64,000 bases of DNA from Mobula hypostoma (lineage: Eukaryota). Position 1 is the first letter of the stretch; each line of letters begins with the position of its first letter. Under the pieces are notes generated by a model. That model worked only from the letters and a program-made list of their open reading frames with translations. It was not told the origin of the DNA and ran no database searches. Positions 25,218 to 37,710 of this stretch are shown piece by piece. The stretch is from the NCBI RefSeq assembly GCF_963921235.1, contig NC_086108.1:106208001-106272000 (forward strand), written 5' to 3'. Made by a program: the position numbers and the translations under genes.

Positions 25218-26067
25218 TTTAAGGGGCTCAAAGCTGCTCACAATACTCCCAAATACGGTCTGACCAATGCCATATAAAGCCTCAGCATTATATCCTTGCT
25301 TTTATGTTCCAGTCCTCTTAAAATGAATACTAAAATTACATTTGCCTTCTTGACTACTTGGCGTCAAAGGTTACAGGGAGAAGGCTGGAGAATAGGGTTG
25401 AGAGGGATAATAAGCAAGCCATGATGGAATAGTGGAGCAGACTCGATGAGCAAGTGGCCCGGTCCCGCTTCGTCTTATGACACTTCCAACAGTGTACTGC
25501 TTTGCTGATATTGTGCTTGGTACCCAAGATGGAATTGAATTCACAACTTCCTGCCTCAGGGGTACGTTATTCCAAAAGAGCCGTGCCTGAATTTAGACAT
25601 AAATAGTTGTAATGGGAACCGTTTGCTCAAGCGATTGCAATGCTGATCACACTGACCAAAGTTCCCTGCTAGAAAGCGCTGTAACCTTATTACACATAAT
25701 CTATTTCCTTTAAGTGCATTTTCCTCCCATTACATGGGATCCCAGAATTCAATCTGTGACGCCCACAGTTCAATCTTTCTCTCTCGCTCTCTGGGCTCCC
25801 TCTCACACACCTTTCCAATTGTAGGGAATTACGTACAATATAATAGGATAGTTAGGTTATTCTCACCGAAGGACTGTGGCAGGAAAGTGAGGGGGCATAA
25901 TGGATCCTTCAAGCTGACACCTATTAAGACTGCCTTCAGATAAGCATTGTTAAAGAAAAGTCACGGACAGCCTTTTATTCTAGTCCTTCAGTCAGTGAAA
26001 CCTTGAGAATCTGCCAGTTAAAACCAATTGATACTCTTAACTTCAAAAACATGAGATATAGAAGTCT

Positions 26068-27277
26068 CACATATCAAAGTTGCTGGTGAACGCAGCAGGC
26101 CAGGCAGCATCTCTAGGAAGAGGTACAGTCGACGTTTCAGCCGAGACCCTTCGTCAGGACTAACTGACGGAAGAGTTAGTAAGAGATTTGAAAGTGAGAG
26201 GGGGAGGGGGAGATCCAAAATGATAGGAGAAGACAGGAGGGGGAGGGATGGAGCCAAGAGCTGGACAGGTGATTGGCAAAAGGGATATGAGAGGATCATG
26301 GGACAGGAGGTCCGGGAAGAAAGACAAGGGGGGAGAACCAAAGGATGGGCAAGGGGTATAGTCAGAGGGACAGAGGGAGAAAAAGGAGAGTGAGAGAAAG
26401 AATGTGTGTATAAAAATAAATAACGGATGGGGTACGAGGGGGAGGTGGGGCATTAGCGGAAGTTAGAGAAGTCGATGTTCATGGCATCAGGTTGGAGGCT
26501 ACCCAGACGGTATATACGGTGTTGTTCCTCCAACCTGAGTGTGGCTTCATCCTTATAGTAGAGAAGGCCGTGGATAGACATGTCAGAATGGGAATGGGAT
26601 GTGGAATTAAAATGTGTGGCCACTGGGAGATCCTGCTTTCTCCGGCAGACAGAGCGTAGGTGTTCTTCCCAGTGGCCACACATTTTAATTCCACATCCCA
26701 TTCCCATTCTGACATGTCTGTCCACGGCCTCCTCTACTGTAAAGATGAGGCCACACTCAGGTTGGAGGAACAACACCTTATATTCCGTCTAGGTAGCCTC
26801 CAACCGGATGGCATGAACATCGACTTCTCTAACTTCTGCTAATGCCCCATCTTCCCCTCGTACCCCATCTGTTGTTTATTTTTATACACACATTCTTTCT
26901 CTCAGTCTCCTTTTTCTCCCTCTGTCCCTCTGACTATACCCCTTGCCCATCCTCTGGTTCCACCCCCCCTGTCTTTCTCCCCGGACCTCCTGTCCCATGA
27001 TCCTCTCATATCCCCTTTGCCAATCACCTGTCCAGCTCTTGGCTCCATCCCTCCCCCTCCTGTCTTCTCCTATCATTTTGGATCTCCCCGTCTCCCTCCC
27101 ACTTTCAAATCTCTTACTAGCTCTTCCTTCAGTTAGTCCCGACGAAGGGTCTCGGCCCAAAACGTCGACTGTACCTCTTCCTAGAGATGCTGCCTGGCCT
27201 GCTGCGTTCACCAGCAACTTTGATGTGTGTTGCTTGAATTTCCAGCATCTGCAGAATTCCTGTTGTTTGCGTTTTTA
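26068..27277. mobile_element. Head-to-head inverted Penelope-like insertion with 14-bp TSD
   Basis: Minus arm ~26068-26666 and plus arm ~26667-27277; AGATATAGAAGTCT at 26054-26067 and 27278-27291. Both arms encode ..LRLEEQH.I.RLGSLQPD.MNIDFSNF. Confidence 0.95.
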
Positions 27278-27748
27278 AGATATAGAAGTCTGACCAGTCG
27301 CATAACCTCTCACGTTTACTCTATCGCTGCACAAAGTGGCTGACTTGCCTAGTACCACAGGCCCAATCACCACATTGCTTCATCTCAATCTTCAAAGTCT
27401 TCAACAACCAAACATCTTGAGACATTTGAAGCAGAGAATTCCAAAACCCCTCAAATCTTCTCAGAAAGATAATGGCTATACAAGAATCAGAATCATATGT
27501 ATTATCACTGACATATGTTGTGAAATTTGGTGTTTTGTATCACCAATACAGTGCAATATAGAATAACTAGTATAAGTTACACACCTGAATGGGTGAATGA
27601 ATAATACATAAATAAGCAAGCAAACAAGGAGATAAATAGACAGACAGATAGATAGACAGACAGAGACAGGTGGATAGAGCAATTCATACATACAATACAT
27701 ACATATGTACATATGTATTTACTTACATACATACTGTACACTTATAGA

Positions 27749-28639
27749 TACAATTCATAGCCACTTCATTAGAGGTCTCCTCTACCTAGTAAAGTGGTCA
27801 CTGAGTGTATGTTCGTGGTCTTTTGCTGCTGTAGCCCATCTACATCAAGGTTCGATGCATTGTGCATTCGGAGATGCTTTTCTGCATACTATGGTTGTAA
27901 TGTATGGTTATTTGAATTACTGTCACCTTCCTGTCATCTTGCACCAGACTAGTCATCCTCCTCTGACTTCTCTCAATAACGAGGCACATTCACCCACAGA
28001 ACTGCCACTCACTAGATTTATTTTTTGTTTTTTAAACCATTCACTGCAAACTCTAAACAATTGTGCATGAAAGTCCCAGGGGATCAGCATTTTCTGAGAT
28101 ACTCAAACCACCCTGCCTGGCACCAACCATCAGTTCAGGATCAAAAGCCACTTAGATCATATTTCTTTCCCATTCCATTCCGATTTTTGGTCTGAAAAGT
28201 AACTGAACCTCTTGACCATGCCTGCATGCTTTCATGCATTGAGTTGCTGCTACGTGATTAGCTGAATTGATATTAACATTAGATATTTGCGTGTCACCAT
28301 AGCATAGTGGTTAGAACGATGATATTACAGCTCAGACCGTTCCAGAATTTGGAGTTCAATTCCAGTGCCATCTGTACGGAGTTTGTACATACTCCCTGTG
28401 ACCATGTGGGTATTCTCCAGGTGCTCCAGTTTCCTCCCACAGTGCAAAAGCGTTACCGGTTGGTAGATTAATTTGTCATTGTAAATTCTCCTGTGATTAG
28501 TCTAGGGTTAAAAAGGTGTGTTGTTGGGTGGTGCGGCTCATTGGACTGGAAGTACCTGTTCCACACTCTATCTCTAAATGAATAAAATAAAATAAAAATT
28601 AATGACCTGATGTATCTAATAAAATATCCTCTGCGTGTA
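27749..28639 (-). mobile_element. Tc1-like non-autonomous element interrupted by a SINE
   Basis: AAAGTGGTCACTGAGTGTA and TTCTGAGATACTCAAACCACCC as in 12370-12867; a decayed end resumes at ~28600. Confidence 0.75.
28291..28598 (+). mobile_element. V-domain tRNA SINE
   Basis: TAGCATAGTGGTTAG A box, GAGTTCAATTCC B box, V core, (TAAAA)n tail. A further partial copy lies at ~28995-29180. Confidence 0.8.
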
Positions 28640-29329
28640 GTTTGTAACTTATAGTAATTTTATGACTTTGCTCTGAATTGCTGCCACAAAACAACAATTT
28701 TCACAACATATAGCAATGATAACAAACTTGATTTTGATTCTAATCAGGGACACACAAGGGTGGGGAGAAGTGTGGAATACTCAGGAGGGCAAAGACTGAG
28801 GAGGGTTACAAGACCAGAGGAGAATTCAGGAACAGCAATGGACTTGACCATAGTGGAACATGAAAACTGGGATAATAACTTAAAATTGAGACCAGGAGGA
28901 TTAGCATGAACAAGAAATCAAACTTCACAGTTAACCAATGATTTCACCACACTGCAATCAAATTAATCTCGAAGGACAAAATTCTTGTATTATTAGGCAC
29001 TATGGTAGCGTAGCAGTTAGCTTCATGCTATTATGGCATGCAATGTTCTGGAATTTGGAGTTAATTCCAGCGCTGTCTGTAAGTAAGTCTGGATGTCCCC
29101 CGTGACCATGTGGGTTTCCTCCAGGTGCTCCAGTTTCTTCCCACATTCCAAAGATATATTGGTTAGTTGGTTAACTCGTCATTCTGTTTTAAGTTGGCAC
29201 TACTGAAGTTGGACAATAACTTACTGGTGGTTTTCAAAGCAAGAAATACAACAAAATACTTTGTTAATAATACCTTTTCTGTGGAAAATTGTGATACATG
29301 ATCACTACAAACAATGAAGTGGTGAATGA

Positions 29330-30072
29330 AGGCAAGGCTAATCTGAGGGTCGAGGCAAGCCAGTGTGAGACAGAATTGGAGTATGGCATGTTCAAGCAGA
29401 AGTGGTCGGAGTGAGGTCGGGGCATATTTGAGATGGAGTTGGGATCAGAGACGGAGTTGCCGGGAGAAGAATGGAGAAAAGTTGGAGTAGAGGTGTTTCG
29501 GAACCCGTCCATCTAAACAGGAGCGAGGCTCGATCCATTTAAGTGCTACACTGATCTGGTAAGGTCGAGTATGGGCCAGAAGCAGCCCAGAGTGAATTGC
29601 TGAGGTGTGACCTGGGTCCTAGTGTGGGGGATGACCCGCTGTTTAGACAAATTAACCACCAGGCAAGAAGGACTGAAAGGCAGGGTACCAGGATTGGAGG
29701 CAAGGGTCTGGGCCAGCTTTGCTCCATGATGTTTACTCTGCTCTCCTCAGCTCTGAGGCTGTGCCCTGTTCCAGCTGCTCTGGGCTTTGTATCTGCAATT
29801 TGCCCTGCTGTCAGATGAACTGAGACTGAAGCTATGGGCCCAATCCGGCTGCTCCGGGCTTTGAGTTCATGGACTCAATTTCATTCTGAATACTGATGCT
29901 TGCTCTATTATTTGCATGATTTGATTTTTTTTCCTCTCTGCATTGGGCGTTGGTCTTTTTTTTTGAATTGGGTTCTTTGGGGTTTCTTGTTTCGCAGCTG
30001 CCTGTAAGCCGATGAATCTCAAGATTGTATAATTTATACATATACTTTGATTATAAATGTAAATGTACTTTG
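29330..30072 (+). mobile_element. Unclassified non-coding interspersed repeat sharing the Rex1-type 3' tail
   Basis: Ends GGCTGCCTGTAAG-like...GAATCTCAAGATTGTA...AAATGTACTTTGA; related pieces at ~38160-38500 (+) and ~44520-44740 (-). Confidence 0.55.
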
Positions 30073-30678
30073 AGATCTGGTCTACCTGAACAGATGCTGG
30101 TGACCTTTTACCGCTGCACCATAGAGAGCATCTTAGCATACTGCATCTCTGTGTGGTATCTCAGTTGTATAGCAGCTGATAGGAAAGCACTTCAGTGGGT
30201 CATCTCTAGCGCACAGAAGATCATCGGGACACAGCTCCCAGCCCTGGAGGACACCTACAGCTCTCGCTGCCTAAGGAAAGCTACAAGCATCTGTAAGGAC
30301 CATACACACCCATGCAATCATCTGTTTGAACTTCTTCCATCTGGCAGACGTTATAAGATTTTCTATGCCCGCACTTCCAGACTGAAAAATAGCTTTTTCC
30401 CCAGAGCTATAATTGCTCTGAACCAATCGATCAAGCATCATCCATAAATTTGTTATATTGCTACTTTAAAAATGGTTTTATGGCCGTCATGCATCTGAGT
30501 TGTGCTTTTGTACTGCTGGACATTGCTTGTACTGGCTGGTTACTTGATTTTATTTATTGTTTATTTATTTTATTTGTTGTTTTATAGCATTGAGTACGGA
30601 GTTGCAAACTCATTTTCGCTGTATTGGAGCATGACAAATTGTACTATGCAATGACAATAACGATATTTCAATTTCAGA
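30073..30678 (+). mobile_element. Rex1/Babar-type LINE 3' end
   Basis: FYRCTIESIL..CISVWY...LPSGRRY...RLKNSFFPRAI (ORF 30025-30447). Confidence 0.85.
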
Positions 30679-31289
30679 AATAAACTGCCCAGTGATCAGG
30701 TTAGTGTTAAATAGGTGTTGCTGGGTGGTGTGGCTTGTTGAGCTGGAAGGGCCTATTCTGTGCTGTATCTCTAAATAATAAAAATATATATATATATATA
30801 TGAAAGTAATCTTGACACCATAAAGCCTGGATCTGCCTACTATCTACTGTAGTAAGTAGCGCAATGATTTGTATACATGAGAATAATTAAGGAACTCAAG
30901 AGAACAGCTAAACTTCGATTAAATATACATTTCACACAAGTTTTCAACCTGATGCATTTTGAAATCCATTGCACTGGTATGTATGCAATTCTGATGTATC
31001 TTTAAAACAAACGGTATGCAGAGAGTGACATAAATATTTATAAGCAGATGGCAATCATGTGTAGTCTAAACCTGTGATTGATAGTTTGAGGCCCCTCATT
31101 TGATGAATTTGAAGATATCAGATACTGTCGTATCTGAGCACAGGACGCTATGAATAAGATAGGAGCTAAGATAACAGAGAAAAAAGTTTGGAATGAAATC
31201 AAATTCTCCCTTTGTGAAGGAACTGTGGGGGAAGAGTTCGGGGGGGGGTGCAGGGAACAGGGATGCATCACTGTCTGGTACAGTGACAG

Positions 31290-31685
31290 CAATACACAGG
31301 ATTGAAAAAAGCTGCGGAAGTTGTAGGTTCAGTCATGGGTGCAAGCCTCCTCAGCACCAAGGACTTCTTCTAAAAGCGATGCCTAAAGAAGCTGGCATCC
31401 ATCATGAAGGACTCTCACCATCCAGGACATGTCTTCTTCTCATTACTTCGACCAGGGAGGAGATACAGGAGCCTGAAGACACACATTCAACATTCCAGGA
31501 ACAGCTTCTACCCCTCTGTCATCAGATTTCTAAACGGTCCATGAAGCCATGAACACCACCCCACTATTTTGCTCCCTTTTTGCACTACATATTTATTTGT
31601 ACATATATCCTTTTTGTATTTTATTGTGATTTTTATGTATTGTGCTGTACCGCTGCCGCAAAGCAGCAAATTTCACAACAGATAA
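31290..31685 (+). mobile_element. Rex1/Babar-type 3' fragment
   Basis: AGGAGATACAGGAGCCTGAAGACACACATTCAAC...CAGGAACAGCTTC signature. Confidence 0.75.
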
Positions 31686-31799
31686 AACGGAACGTAAAAC
31701 ATTACCGTACAGTAAAGTCCACGATGTTGTGCTGGTTCTGATCCTGATGCTGTGGGATCAGCCAGTCACTGCTGATTACTGCCAGTGCCTCACCATTGA

Positions 31800-32522
31800 G
31801 ATTAGATTAGATTAGATTAGATTCAACTTTATTGTCATTGTGCCGAGTACAGATACAAAGCCAATGAAATGCAGTTAGCATCTAACCAGAAATGCAAAGA
31901 ATAGTGTTATTTACAAAATAACTGTGAATAAAAAGTAAGTGCTACAGCACACAAATATAAAAGTACTGAGACAGTGCAATATGCGTGCAATACTGCTTAG
32001 CGCTGTGATGTGAGGTTCAGCAGTGTCACAGCCTCAGGGAAGAAGCTCTTCCTGTGCCTGCTGGTGCGGGAGCGGAGGCTCCTGTAGCGCCTACTGGATG
32101 GGAGGAGAGTAAAAAGTCCATGGTTAGGGTGAGATGCATCTTTGATAATGCTTTTTGCCCTGCCCAGGCAGCGTTTATGGTAGATGTTCTCACTGGTGGG
32201 CAATTGGGTACCGATAATCCGCTGGGCAGTTTTCACCACCCGCTGGAGTGCTTTGCGGTCCGATACGAGACAATTGCCACGCCACACTGAGATGCAGTTG
32301 GTAAGTATGCTCTCACTGGTACAGCGGTAAAAGTTCGTCAGTATCCTGGGACAGAGGTGAGCTTTCTTCATGCTCCACAGCATTCAGGGACCAGGTGAGA
32401 TCCTCGGAAATGTGGACACCAAGGAATTTGAAGCTTGATACACGCTCCACTACAGTTCCGTTGATGTAGATGGGGACGTGAGTGTGGCTCCTAGCATGCC
32501 TGAAGTCCACAATGATCTCCTT
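31800..32522 (-). mobile_element. Rex1/Babar-type LINE 3' end with (CTAAT)n tail
   Basis: ORFs 32313-32510 and 31997-32383 (SFKFLGVHISEDLTW; LPSSRRYRSL); (ATTAG)n on the plus strand at 31801-31820. Confidence 0.88.
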
Positions 32523-33086
32523 AAACCCAAAGACAAGAATCTATCCTGACCTTCAGTGCTGTCTATGTGGAATTTACTTTTTCTCTATGAAGTGAGGATT
32601 TACCCCGGGTGATTGAGATTCCTCCCACATTCCGGGGATGTACTGACAGGTTAGCTGGTGACATTTAAATGTTGGTGACTATGGTCTGTAGATGATGGAG
32701 CCTTATAGGAGAGGAGGTGGAGCATGGAACAAGTGAGGGAGGTAGGGACAGCGAGTGGAGTGAACCCAGTGAGAGGAGTGTGTGGGTGGTGGGGAGATGG
32801 AGTGGAGGATGAGGGGAAAGGAACTTGCAATTGGAGAGAGCAACAAAGAGAGCAGATTAATGGCAGGATTGTTGCAGGATGAGTCATTGGACTGGGATGA
32901 GACTTTTTTTTTGTTTAAATGAATAAGCGGGAGTGTGTGTGAGTGGTTGGCAAATTGAGTGAGGAAGTAGTGAAGGCAAAACAGTGTTGCTGGGCAATAC
33001 TGTAAGAGACAGTACATTGAAAGGGAAATGGGAAAATAAGGAGGGATAATGGAACCAATCGGATTACACCCCAGGAACTCTGCAAC

Positions 33087-33381
33087 AGGTCTCAGCCTGA
33101 AACGTCGACTGTTTATTCCACCCCATAGATGCTGCCTGACCTGCTGAGTTCCTCCAGCATTTGTTCAAGGAGTGGCTAAGGCAGTCCTACATTGAGTTCA
33201 ACACTGAATGACAACTCCTGCAATGCCAGACTACACCAGTCTCTGTCATTCCTTTGGATTCATCAACTGCATGAAGAGGGGGAGCGTGTTACACGGGCAA
33301 CAGCTTGTTCTCTATATCATACTGCCCTGACTTGTATACTAGGACGCAAGATCTATGGTTGACCCCGACCATTGGAGGGCT
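33087..33381 (+). mobile_element. Short PLE tail fragment joined to the 3' part of a non-autonomous RTE derivative
   Basis: GGTCTCAGCCTGAAACGTCGACTG...GATGCTGCCTGACCTGCTGAG, then CTAAGGCAGTCCTAC...ATGGTTGACCCCGACC. Confidence 0.7.
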
Positions 33382-33796
33382 GAATGTTCAAGATTTCCAG
33401 AATATATGGAACCAATGCCATTAATTATTCTTAATTTCATTTAAAGCAACAGTAATGATTAGTATTAATTCTTTTCATTAAAATTGAAATTTGTAATTCT
33501 CATGGAAATAATTTATCAAGCTCCATAATCCTGTGACAAATGCAAATAATTAGGAAGAAATTCAAGTCATTGCAGAAAGCACCATATTATTTGATGTGCT
33601 GAATAAATCCCACAGAACAATTACATTGATGACAATTTAATCTGCTTTGATGAGGTCACTTCCACCATCCTTCCCAATCCGAACCCTAATGCTCATTGTT
33701 AAAATAAAAAGATTTTTCTTGTCAGCTTGACCGCACCCACTTGTTACCATTGAAAACCTGCTCTTTCCTGACGCCTCTGTTAAGTCCCTCCTGAAC

Positions 33797-34227
33797 TACG
33801 CTCAGTGGCCACTTTGTGAGGGACAGGAGTGCACCTAGTAAAGTGACCGCTGAGTATACGTCAGTGGTCTTCCACTGTTCTGCTGGCTCATCCACTTCAA
33901 GGTTTCAAGTGCTGTGTGTTCAAGAGATGCTCTTCTGCACACCAATGTTGTAGCTCATGGTTACTTGAGTTACTGTCACCTTCCTGTCAGCTTGAATCCG
34001 TTCAGTCAATCTCCCCCGACCCCTCTTGTTAACAAGGCATTTTTGCCCACAGAACTATCACACACTGGATTTTTTTGCAGGATCCTTTGTGAACTCTAGA
34101 GACCTTAGTGTGCGAAAATCCCAGAAGATCAGTGGTTTCTGAGATACCTAAACCACCCTGCCTGGCACCAACAATCATTCCATGGTCAAAGCCGTTTAGA
34201 TCACATTTCTTCCCCATTCTGATGTTT
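33797..34227 (-). mobile_element. Tc1-like non-autonomous element, truncated by CR1
   Basis: TACGCTCAGTGGCCACTTT terminus; minus-strand MGKKCDLNGFDHGMIVGARQGGLGISETTDLLGFS. Confidence 0.85.
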
Positions 34228-36880
34228 GAAAGGGAGATGGTAAGGTCTGATGTAGCAGGATTTCAGTGGAGTAAAGGAAATTACAGCGGTATGAGAGAGG
34301 AGCTGGCCAAAATAAATTGGAAGGAGAGATGGGCAGGATGACAGCAGAGCAGTAATGGCTTGAGTTTCTGGGAAAATGAGGAAGGTGCAGGATAGATGTA
34401 GTCCAAAAATGAAGAGATACTCAAATGGCAAAATAATACAAATGTGGCTGACAAGAGAAGCAAAAGAGAGGGCCTACAACAAAGCAAAAATTAGTGGGAA
34501 AATAGAGGATTGGGAAGCTTTAAAAAACCAACAGAAAGTAACTAAAAGAATTAATAGGAGGGAAAAGATGAAACATGAAAGTAAGATAACAAACAATACC
34601 ATGGTGGATAGAATAAGTTTTTTTCCAGTATATCAAAAATAGAAGTGAGAAGAGAGTGGATATAGGACTGCTAGAAAATGAGGCGGGAGAAATAATAATG
34701 GGGGGGGGGGCAAGGAGATGGCAGATGAACTAAATGAGTATTTTGCATCAATTTTCACTGTGGAAGACACTAGCAGTGTAGTCATAGTCATAGTCATAGT
34801 CATACTTTATTGATCCCAGGGGAAATTGGTTTTCGTTACAGTTGCACCATAAATAATTAAATAGTAATAAAACCATAAATAGTTAAATAGTAATATGTAA
34901 ATTATGCCAGGAAGTATGTCCAGGACCAGCCTATTGGCTCAGGGTGCCTGACCCTCCAAGGGAGGAGTTGTAAAGTTTGATGGCCACAGGCAGGAATGAC
35001 TTCCTATGACGCTCAGTGTTACATCTCGGTGGAATGAGTTTCTGGCTGAATGTACTCCTGTGCCCAACCAGTACATTATGTAGTGGATGGGAGACATTGT
35101 CCAAGATGGCATGCAACTTGGACAGCATCCTCTTTTCAGACACCACCGTGGGAGAGTCCAGTTCCATTCCCACAACATCACTGGCCTTACGAATGAGATT
35201 GTTGATTCTGTTGGTGTCTGCTACCCTCAGCCTGCTGCCCCAGCACACAACAACAGAAGTGTGCAGATGTGGAAGAGTGGGAGGGAACAGAAGTGAGTGC
35301 AGTTACTATTACAAGGGAGAAGGTGCTCAAAAAGCTGAAAGACCTAAAGGTACACAAGTCACCCGGACTGCACCCTACGATTCTGAAAGAGGTAGTGGTA
35401 AAGACTGTGGAGGCATTAATGATGATCTTTCAAGAATCATTGGACTTCGGCATGGTGCCAGAGGACTGAAAAATTATGAATGTCACTCCACTTTTTAAGA
35501 AAGGTAGCAGAAAGGAAATCAGAGACCAGCTAGCTTGACCTCAGTGGTTGGGAATTGTTAAGGATGAGGGTATGGAGTTCTTGGCGATACTGGACAAGAT
35601 AGGACAAAGTCAGTGAGGTTTCTTTAAGAGAAAATCTTGCCTGACAGACCTGTTGGAATGGTTTGAGGAGATTACAAGTAAGATAGATAAAGGGGATGCA
35701 GTGGGTGTTCTATATTTGGACTTCAGAAGGCCTTTGCCAAGGTGCCACACATAAGGCTGCTTACCAAGTTATGAACCCATGATATTATAGGAAAGTTACT
35801 GGCATCGTTAGAGCATTGGCTGAATGGTAGGAGGCAGTGAGTGGGAATAAAAGGATCCTTTTCTGGTTGGCTGCCAGTGACTAGTGGTGTTCCGCAGGGG
35901 TCGGTGTTGGGACCACTTCTTTTTATGCTGTATATCAACGATTTAGATGATAGCATAGACGGCTTTATTGCCCAGTTTGGAGATGATATGAAGATTGGAG
36001 GAGAGCCAATTAGTGTTGAGGAAACAGGTAGGCTGCAGAAGGACTTAGGCAGATTAGGAGAATGGATAAGAAAGTGACAAATGAAATACAATACTGAAAA
36101 ATGCATGTTCATGCAGTTTGTAGTAGAAATAAATGTGCAGACTATTTTCTAAACGGGGAGAAAATCCAAAAATCTGAGATGCAAAGGGACTTGGGAGCCC
36201 TTGTGCAGAACCTTCTAAAGATTAACCTGTAGGTAGAGTCGGTGATGAGGAAGGCAAATGTAATCTTAGCATTCATTTCAAGTGGTCTCGAATGCAAGGG
36301 CAGGGATGTGATGCTGAGGCTTTATAAGGCACAGGTGAGGCCTCACCTTGAGTATTGTGAACAGTTTTGGGTTCCTCATCTAATAAAAAACGTGCTCTTA
36401 TTGGAGAGGGTTCTGAGGAGGTTCACAAGGAAGACTCTGGGAATGAAAGGGTTACCATATGAGGAACGTACTCACTGGAATTGAGAAGGATGGGGGGAGG
36501 GGGTTCTCATTGAAACCTTTTGAATGTTGAAGGGCATAGACAGAGTAGATGTGGAAAGGATGTTTCCCATGGTGGGGGAGTCTAGGACAAGAGGGCACAG
36601 CCTCAGAATAGAGGGGTGTCCATTTAAAACAGAGATGTGGGGAAATTTCCTTAGCCAGAGGGTAGTGAATTTGTGGAATTTGTTACTGCAGACAGCTATG
36701 GAGTCCAGGTCGTGGGACGTATTTAAGGCAGAGATTGATTGGCCGTGGCATCAAAAGATATGGGGAGAAGGCTGGGCAGTGAGGTTGAGGAGGGAAAAAA
36801 GGATCAGCCATGATTGAATCGCAGAGCGGACTTGATGCGACAAATAGCCTAATTCTGCTCCTATGTCTTATGGTCGTATG
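34225..36880 (+). mobile_element. CR1 LINE, post-APE linker, RT and 3' end, degraded
   Basis: KGNYSGMREELAK, GVPQGSVLGP, RPHLEYC, TRGHSLRI. Same subfamily as 58516-60985. Confidence 0.92.
34780..35257 (-). mobile_element. Rex1/Babar-type 3' end with (TATGAC)n tail inserted in CR1
   Basis: HPLHNVL...TERHRKSFLPVAIKLYN; short direct repeat AGTGT at 34775-34779 and 35258-35262. Confidence 0.88.
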
Positions 36881-36889
36881 ATATTATGT

Positions 36890-37710
36890 CTGAATCAGGA
36901 TCAGCATCAGGTTTAATATCATTGGCATACCTTGTGAAATTTGTTGTCTTTGCAGCAGCACTACAATGCAATGCATAATAATAAAAGACATGAATTACAA
37001 AAAGTATATATACATTAAATAGGTAAATGAAATAAGTAGCACAAAAAGAGAAATAAAAAGTAGTGAGATAGTGTCCAAGGGTTCAGTGTCCATTCAGAAA
37101 CTAGAGGGCAGAGGGGAAGAAGCTGTTCCTGAATCATTGAATGTGTGTCTTCAGGCTCCTGTACCTCCTTCCTGATGGCAGCAATGAGAAGGAGCATGTC
37201 CCTAATGGTGTATGCCTCCTTTTGAGGAATCACTCTTTGAAGATGTCATGTATAGTCCTTTAAATAATGAAAACTGTAAAGTAATGAGAAAGAGTTTCCA
37301 CATATAGCTAGGCAATCACATCCAAGTCAAAGTCGAGTTTTTTTGACATATGCATTGAAAAACATACTTGCCGCAGAATCACAGACTCAGAGCATCATGT
37401 AAGGATCAATCACAAGGAAATCATAAATTATACAAAATTTTTGCAAAAAAGAACATAATTAGAATGAAAAAAAAGTTCATTCAAGTGCAAAGTGGTCACA
37501 GTGTTATTATAACCGTAACTCAGCATCAGATTTGTGCAGGTTGTTTTAAGAACCGAATGGTTGAAGAGAAATAACTGTTCTTGAACCAGGTGGTGTGGGA
37601 CTTCAGGCTTCTGTACATCCTGTCTAATAGTAGCTGCAAAAAGATGGCATGGTTGCAGTCTTTGATGAAGGATGTTGCCTTCTTGAGGCAGTGTCTCATG
37701 TAGATATTAC
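36890..37710 (-). mobile_element. Two adjacent Rex1/Babar-type 3' fragments
   Basis: GAAGAAGCTGTTCCTGAATC..GTCTTCAGGCTCCTGTACCTCC (~37115-37170) and CTGTTCTTGAACC..GGGACTTCAGGCTTCTGTAC (~37574-37616). Confidence 0.7.

Larger units (their letters stand above)
23121..25360 (-). mobile_element. Old CR1 3' fragment split by a plus-strand CR1
   Basis: Pieces 23121-23652 (ends TTTCTTAGATAAG) and 25218-25360 (TAAGGGGCTCAAAGCTGCTCACAATACTCC) are collinear. Confidence 0.75.

Noticed and set aside
25825..25943. Possible plus-strand exon (GNYVQYNRIVRLFSPKDCGRK...)
   Set aside because: No recognisable homology and only a modest donor; indistinguishable from chance.
31072..31165. Minus-strand candidate exon with a strong polypyrimidine acceptor
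   Set aside because: Weak donor (AG|GTTTAG) and no recognisable protein; cannot be supported without RNA data.
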